This document shows positions 58,342 through 64,000 of a stretch of DNA of 64,000 nucleotides, piece by piece. Source of the DNA: an uncultured Candidatus Saccharibacteria bacterium (GTDB lineage Bacteria; Patescibacteriota; Saccharimonadia; JAGOAT01; CAYZIP01). The first letter of the stretch is position 1; each line of letters begins with the position of its first letter. The notes below the pieces were generated by a model that did no database searches, was not told where the DNA came from, and worked only from the letters and a program-made list of their open reading frames with translations. The DNA lies in the NCBI GenBank assembly GCA_964478695.1, contig CAYZIP010000004.1, forward strand, positions 401 through 64,400, written 5' to 3'. The position numbers were made by a program, and so were the translations under genes.

Positions 58342-59775
58342 CTATTTTGACATCATTTCCAATAAGAGCTTATTCACAATCGCTGGATTAGCCTTGCCTT
58401 GGCTTTCTTTTATCACCATCCCCACCAAGAACCCTAAAACCTTGCCATTTCCTCCCTTATACTGCTCTACTACTGAAGGATTTCTATCTAAAACTATTTG
58501 TATAATTTTTCTTATCTCTTCTGGATCAGAATCTTGCCTTAACCCTCTAGCCTGGATGATGCTAACTGGGCTCTCTCCTCGAACGATATCAGAAAAAATA
58601 TCTTTAGCGATCTTACTGCTAATAGTCCCATCAACCGTTAAAGTAATTAACTCAGATAAATTTTTGGCAGTTAATTTAGACTCTATATTACCCTCATTTA
58701 ATATATTTTGATAATCTCCAATAAGCCAATTAGTAATTTTAGAAAAATGGTCTTGGCCCAAGATATCTAAACTATCAATTAATAAATTCATAGCTTCACT
58801 ATTGCCCAAAAACAAATCATGTAATTTTTCTTCTAGCCCTCCAATAATCAATATCTCTCTCTGGGTCTTTGGTAGTATTTTAGGGTCTAAATCCGTCTCT
58901 AGTTCTTTCGCAAAAACCTGCCATAAATTAAAAGGAGGTATATCTGGCTCTGGAAAATATCTATAGTCTTGAGCTAATTCTTTGCTTCTTTGTGAAAAAG
59001 TAATATCTTTGGCTTGATCATATCCTCTAGTTTCTTGAGGTATGTACTCGCCTTTGTCTAATAAATCCGACTGTCTCTTAAATTCATAATCTAATGCTTT
59101 TTGAGCAAAACGAAATGAATTGAGATTCTTTAGTTCAACCTTACTGCCAAAGTCCTGTGAGCCCACCGGACGTAAAGAAACATTAACATCAAACTTAAAT
59201 TGCCCCTTTTCCATGTCAGCATCACTAATGCCTAGATTCACAACTGTATAATATAATTCCTGCAAGTATAGTCTAGCTTCTAGGGATGAGCGTATTTCTG
59301 GCCTAGATACTATTTCTAGCAGTGGAGATCCTCCTCTATTGTAGTCTATCAAGGTATACTCTGCTCCTGCCGGGTGATGAGACTTTGCGGCATCTTCTTC
59401 TAAATGAGCTCTTTCAATACCAATCTCTTTCCATTTTCCATCAATATATATTGGCAAATGCCCATCAAAGACAATGGGATAGTCATTCTGAGTAATCTGA
59501 TATCCTTTAGGTAAATCTGGATAAAAATAGTTTTTTCTATCAAAGCGAGTGTGATAATTAATTTTAGCTTGCAAGCCTTTAGCCAACACTAGTGATAGCT
59601 CGAATGCTTTTTTATTAGGCCTGGGTAAAGTTCCAGGTAATCCTAAACAAACTGGGCATATATTTACATTAGCCTGCTTTTCATCCATATCTAAAGCACA
59701 AGAACAAAACATTTTAGTCTTGGTTTTAAGCTGTACATGAGCTTCTATCCCGCAGACTAATTCATATTTACTCAT
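58342..59775 (-). CDS. gatB: Asp/Glu-tRNA amidotransferase subunit B
   Basis: GIEAHVQL, CPVCLGLPG, FDRKNYFYPDLPKGYQI, HLEEDA, DYRYFPEPD. Confidence 0.98.
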   Translation of the reverse strand: MSKYELVCGIEAHVQLKTKTKMFCSCALDMDEKQANVNICPVCLGLPGTLPRPNKKAFELSLVLAKGLQAKINYHTRFDRKNYFYPDLPKGYQITQNDYPIVFDGHLPIYIDGKWKEIGIERAHLEEDAAKSHHPAGAEYTLIDYNRGGSPLLEIVSRPEIRSSLEARLYLQELYYTVVNLGISDADMEKGQFKFDVNVSLRPVGSQDFGSKVELKNLNSFRFAQKALDYEFKRQSDLLDKGEYIPQETRGYDQAKDITFSQRSKELAQDYRYFPEPDIPPFNLWQVFAKELETDLDPKILPKTQREILIIGGLEEKLHDLFLGNSEAMNLLIDSLDILGQDHFSKITNWLIGDYQNILNEGNIESKLTAKNLSELITLTVDGTISSKIAKDIFSDIVRGESPVSIIQARGLRQDSDPEEIRKIIQIVLDRNPSVVEQYKGGNGKVLGFLVGMVIKESQGKANPAIVNKLLLEMMSK

Positions 59776-60200
59776 ATTCTTGCCCCCAAATCTATAATTG
59801 ATTTCTTCATGTCAGCAACTGCTTTTTGTACCTGACTGGGGACAAGATCCATCCCCAAGTCATGAGCAAATCTATTCCGCAGTCTGTGTGCTTTCCATAA
59901 ATCCTCTTTATTATTAATCTTATGCTCCACGGTTTTTAGCCTATCAGCGAATGTAGTCCCCTTGGCCCCGCTATTTTTTAAGGTATAATCCACTAATTTA
60001 TCCATCTCTAGTAATGCATTACGAACAGATGCTGGACTACCTTTTAGCAAGCTATCAATTTCATATATTTTCCTACTAATCATCTCTTGATCCAAACTTA
60101 TTGTTTCTTTTTGCATAGCATTCTTCTTTCCACCCTTACTAGCCAAAGCTAGCAGTAAAATCCAAATAAACAATACAGAGGCAGCCCAAATTATAATCAC
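59772..60200 (-). CDS. Membrane-anchored hypothetical protein with HEPN-like RNxxxH motif
   Basis: N-terminal TM; ALLEMDKLVD, GTTFADRLK, AHRLRNRFAHD; ATGA overlap with gatB. Confidence 0.7.
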   Translation of the reverse strand: MIIIWAASVLFIWILLLALASKGGKKNAMQKETISLDQEMISRKIYEIDSLLKGSPASVRNALLEMDKLVDYTLKNSGAKGTTFADRLKTVEHKINNKEDLWKAHRLRNRFAHDLGMDLVPSQVQKAVADMKKSIIDLGARI

Positions 60201-60203
60201 TTA

Positions 60204-61610
60204 TTAATCTCCATCTTTCTGTTTTTCTAAATATTTACAGAAATCTAGCAGGGCATAGTCTTGCTCTTGAGCACTAATTAGCTGTAGGCCATAAGGCATA
60301 TTATCAATACGTCCCATATCCATACTTAAGCTAGGTAAACCAACAATATTACTGGCAACTGTCATAATATCAGCCTGATAAGCTTTAACAGGATCCAAGC
60401 TCTCTCCCATTTTAGGAGCAATATCTACGGTTGTGGCTCCTAATAAAACGTCATATTGAGTAAATATCTGCTTGAATCTCTGTGACAATAAACCCCTAAC
60501 CTTAAGGGCTTGATAATAGTAAGCATCTTTGTGTCCTTGACTTAAAACATAACTACCAATCATAACCCTACGCTTAACTTCTAAACCAAAGCCTTCGTCT
60601 CTAGTCTTGGCATAATAATCATCTAAACCTTGATAATCTTTAGTTCTATGACCATATAAAATACCATCATGACGGCTCATATTGGCCGACACCTCAGCTG
60701 GAGTAATAATATAGTAGGCCGGCAAAGCTAAAGCCAGTTCTTCTATACTAATTTGATCAACATAAATGTCCTGATCTTTTAAGGTCTTAACAGCCTTATC
60801 AATAACAGCTTTTTGTTTTTCTCCTAAAGGATCATAATATTCTTTTATCAAAGCTACTTTAGGAGTTACAAAAACTCGTTTTGAATCAAGACTAAAGCTA
60901 GTAAAATCATTTTGATCTTTCCCTTTTAAGGTTTCCATAACCATTTTAACATCAAGGCTATTGCTGGCTATAACAGAGACAGTATCAAGAGAACTAGCCA
61001 TACTAATGACCCCATAACGGCTAATGGCTCCATAGCTAGGCTTAAACCCAAATAGTCCATTATAACTAGCTGGATTTCGAATAGATCCACCTGTATCTGT
61101 TCCTAGAGCGAAACTAGCCATATCTTTAGCAACAGCTACAGCCGAACCACTAGATGATCCTCCAGCTACACGTTCTTTGTCCCAAGCGTTCTTGGTGGGC
61201 CCAAAAGCACTATTCTCCCCTGTTCCTCCTTGGGCAAATTCATCTAAATTAGCTTTGCCTAGCAAGATAGCTCCAGCACTCAAGAGTTTCTCTATAGCAG
61301 TAGCATTAAAGGAGGCTTTATAATTTTCCAAGCCCTTACTTGCTGCTGTGGTAGGCAAGAATTTATCTAAAAATATATCTTTGGATATAAAAGGGATCCC
61401 TTCTAATGGCAGTAGCTTTTCTCCACTACTGATCTTTTGATCTACCTGATCAGCAATATCAAGAAGCTCTTTTGTCTCTCTATAGCTAATTAGAACATTA
61501 TAATCCTGACTATATTTATTAATATTTTCTAAACAATATTCTATAACCTGTTTGCAGGTTAGCTCTCTATTGCTATAGGCTTGGATTAGTGATGCTATAC
61601 CAAGATTCAT
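60204..61610 (-). CDS. gatA: Asp/Glu-tRNA amidotransferase subunit A
   Basis: KD, GKANLDEFA, GGSSSGSA, GTDTGGSIRNPA amidase signature. Confidence 0.98.
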   Translation of the reverse strand: MNLGIASLIQAYSNRELTCKQVIEYCLENINKYSQDYNVLISYRETKELLDIADQVDQKISSGEKLLPLEGIPFISKDIFLDKFLPTTAASKGLENYKASFNATAIEKLLSAGAILLGKANLDEFAQGGTGENSAFGPTKNAWDKERVAGGSSSGSAVAVAKDMASFALGTDTGGSIRNPASYNGLFGFKPSYGAISRYGVISMASSLDTVSVIASNSLDVKMVMETLKGKDQNDFTSFSLDSKRVFVTPKVALIKEYYDPLGEKQKAVIDKAVKTLKDQDIYVDQISIEELALALPAYYIITPAEVSANMSRHDGILYGHRTKDYQGLDDYYAKTRDEGFGLEVKRRVMIGSYVLSQGHKDAYYYQALKVRGLLSQRFKQIFTQYDVLLGATTVDIAPKMGESLDPVKAYQADIMTVASNIVGLPSLSMDMGRIDNMPYGLQLISAQEQDYALLDFCKYLEKQKDGD

Positions 61611-61903
61611 TTCATAACCCTTCCTACTTTGACATATCTATTATGAATATAATCTGTGTTGACTAAAGATTCTAAAGATATTGGGCAATTAAAAACCTCA
61701 TCTTCTCGAAATACATTCTCCACATTCACGGACTGATATAAATCATCATATATATCTAAAAGTTGGCCAGATAATATCTTAGTAAATTCTAAAATAGAGG
61801 CTATATCTTGCTCTAATACAGCTCTCTCTTCTGCCTCCAAGGATAAACGTGATAATCTCGCCAGCTCATCAATACTAAAATCTGGATTTAATTCTACACT
61901 CAT
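61607..61903 (-). CDS. gatC: Asp/Glu-tRNA amidotransferase subunit C
   Basis: LARLSRL, NVFREDE; 98 aa directly upstream of gatA. Confidence 0.88.
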   Translation of the reverse strand: MSVELNPDFSIDELARLSRLSLEAEERAVLEQDIASILEFTKILSGQLLDIYDDLYQSVNVENVFREDEVFNCPISLESLVNTDYIHNRYVKVGRVMK

Positions 61904-61907
61904 TAAG

Positions 61908-63923
<2,016 letters not shown>

Positions 63924-64000
63924 TTAGGTATATAAATATTATTTTTTTGGTTTATTAAGACTAATAAATGTTCCATAAACACTTTTAGCAAATATAAAAT

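Overview
Low-GC (roughly 30-35% by eye), gene-dense chromosomal segment with almost all genes on the minus strand, most consistent with a Patescibacteria/CPR bacterium using genetic code 11. Supporting signs are the missing rpmD/uL30 between rpsE and rplO, tailed ribosomal proteins, TyrS with HLGR/KMSSS, and TGA used as stop. The window is mostly housekeeping: secE-nusG-rplK-rplA, topA, a trmH-RNHCP-tgt unit, a ~27 kb rpoBC-str-S10-spc-alpha-rplM/rpsI-rsmE block, tig-clpP, tRNA-Leu(TAG), recG, tyrS, a class A PBP, clpC-radA-yacL, nusA, rplS, dnaE and ligA-gatC-gatA-X-gatB. I saw no CRISPR array, rRNA or transposase. Most notable observations: (1) a repeated promoter, long hairpin, U-tract, gene leader architecture before secE-nusG, rplC, rpoB and nusA (candidate attenuation network for the transcription machinery); (2) RpoB with H526N and S531T rifamycin-pocket residues plus unusual RNAP active-centre motifs; (3) a membrane-anchored HEPN-motif gene inside gatCAB; (4) a compositionally foreign single-lipoprotein islet bracketed by hairpins beside tRNA-Leu; (5) recurrent intergenic motifs (CAAAGCTTTG; TATTAA(A)GAC pairs) and several apparently leaderless genes. 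All functional interpretations are inferences from sequence only; no database searches were run.
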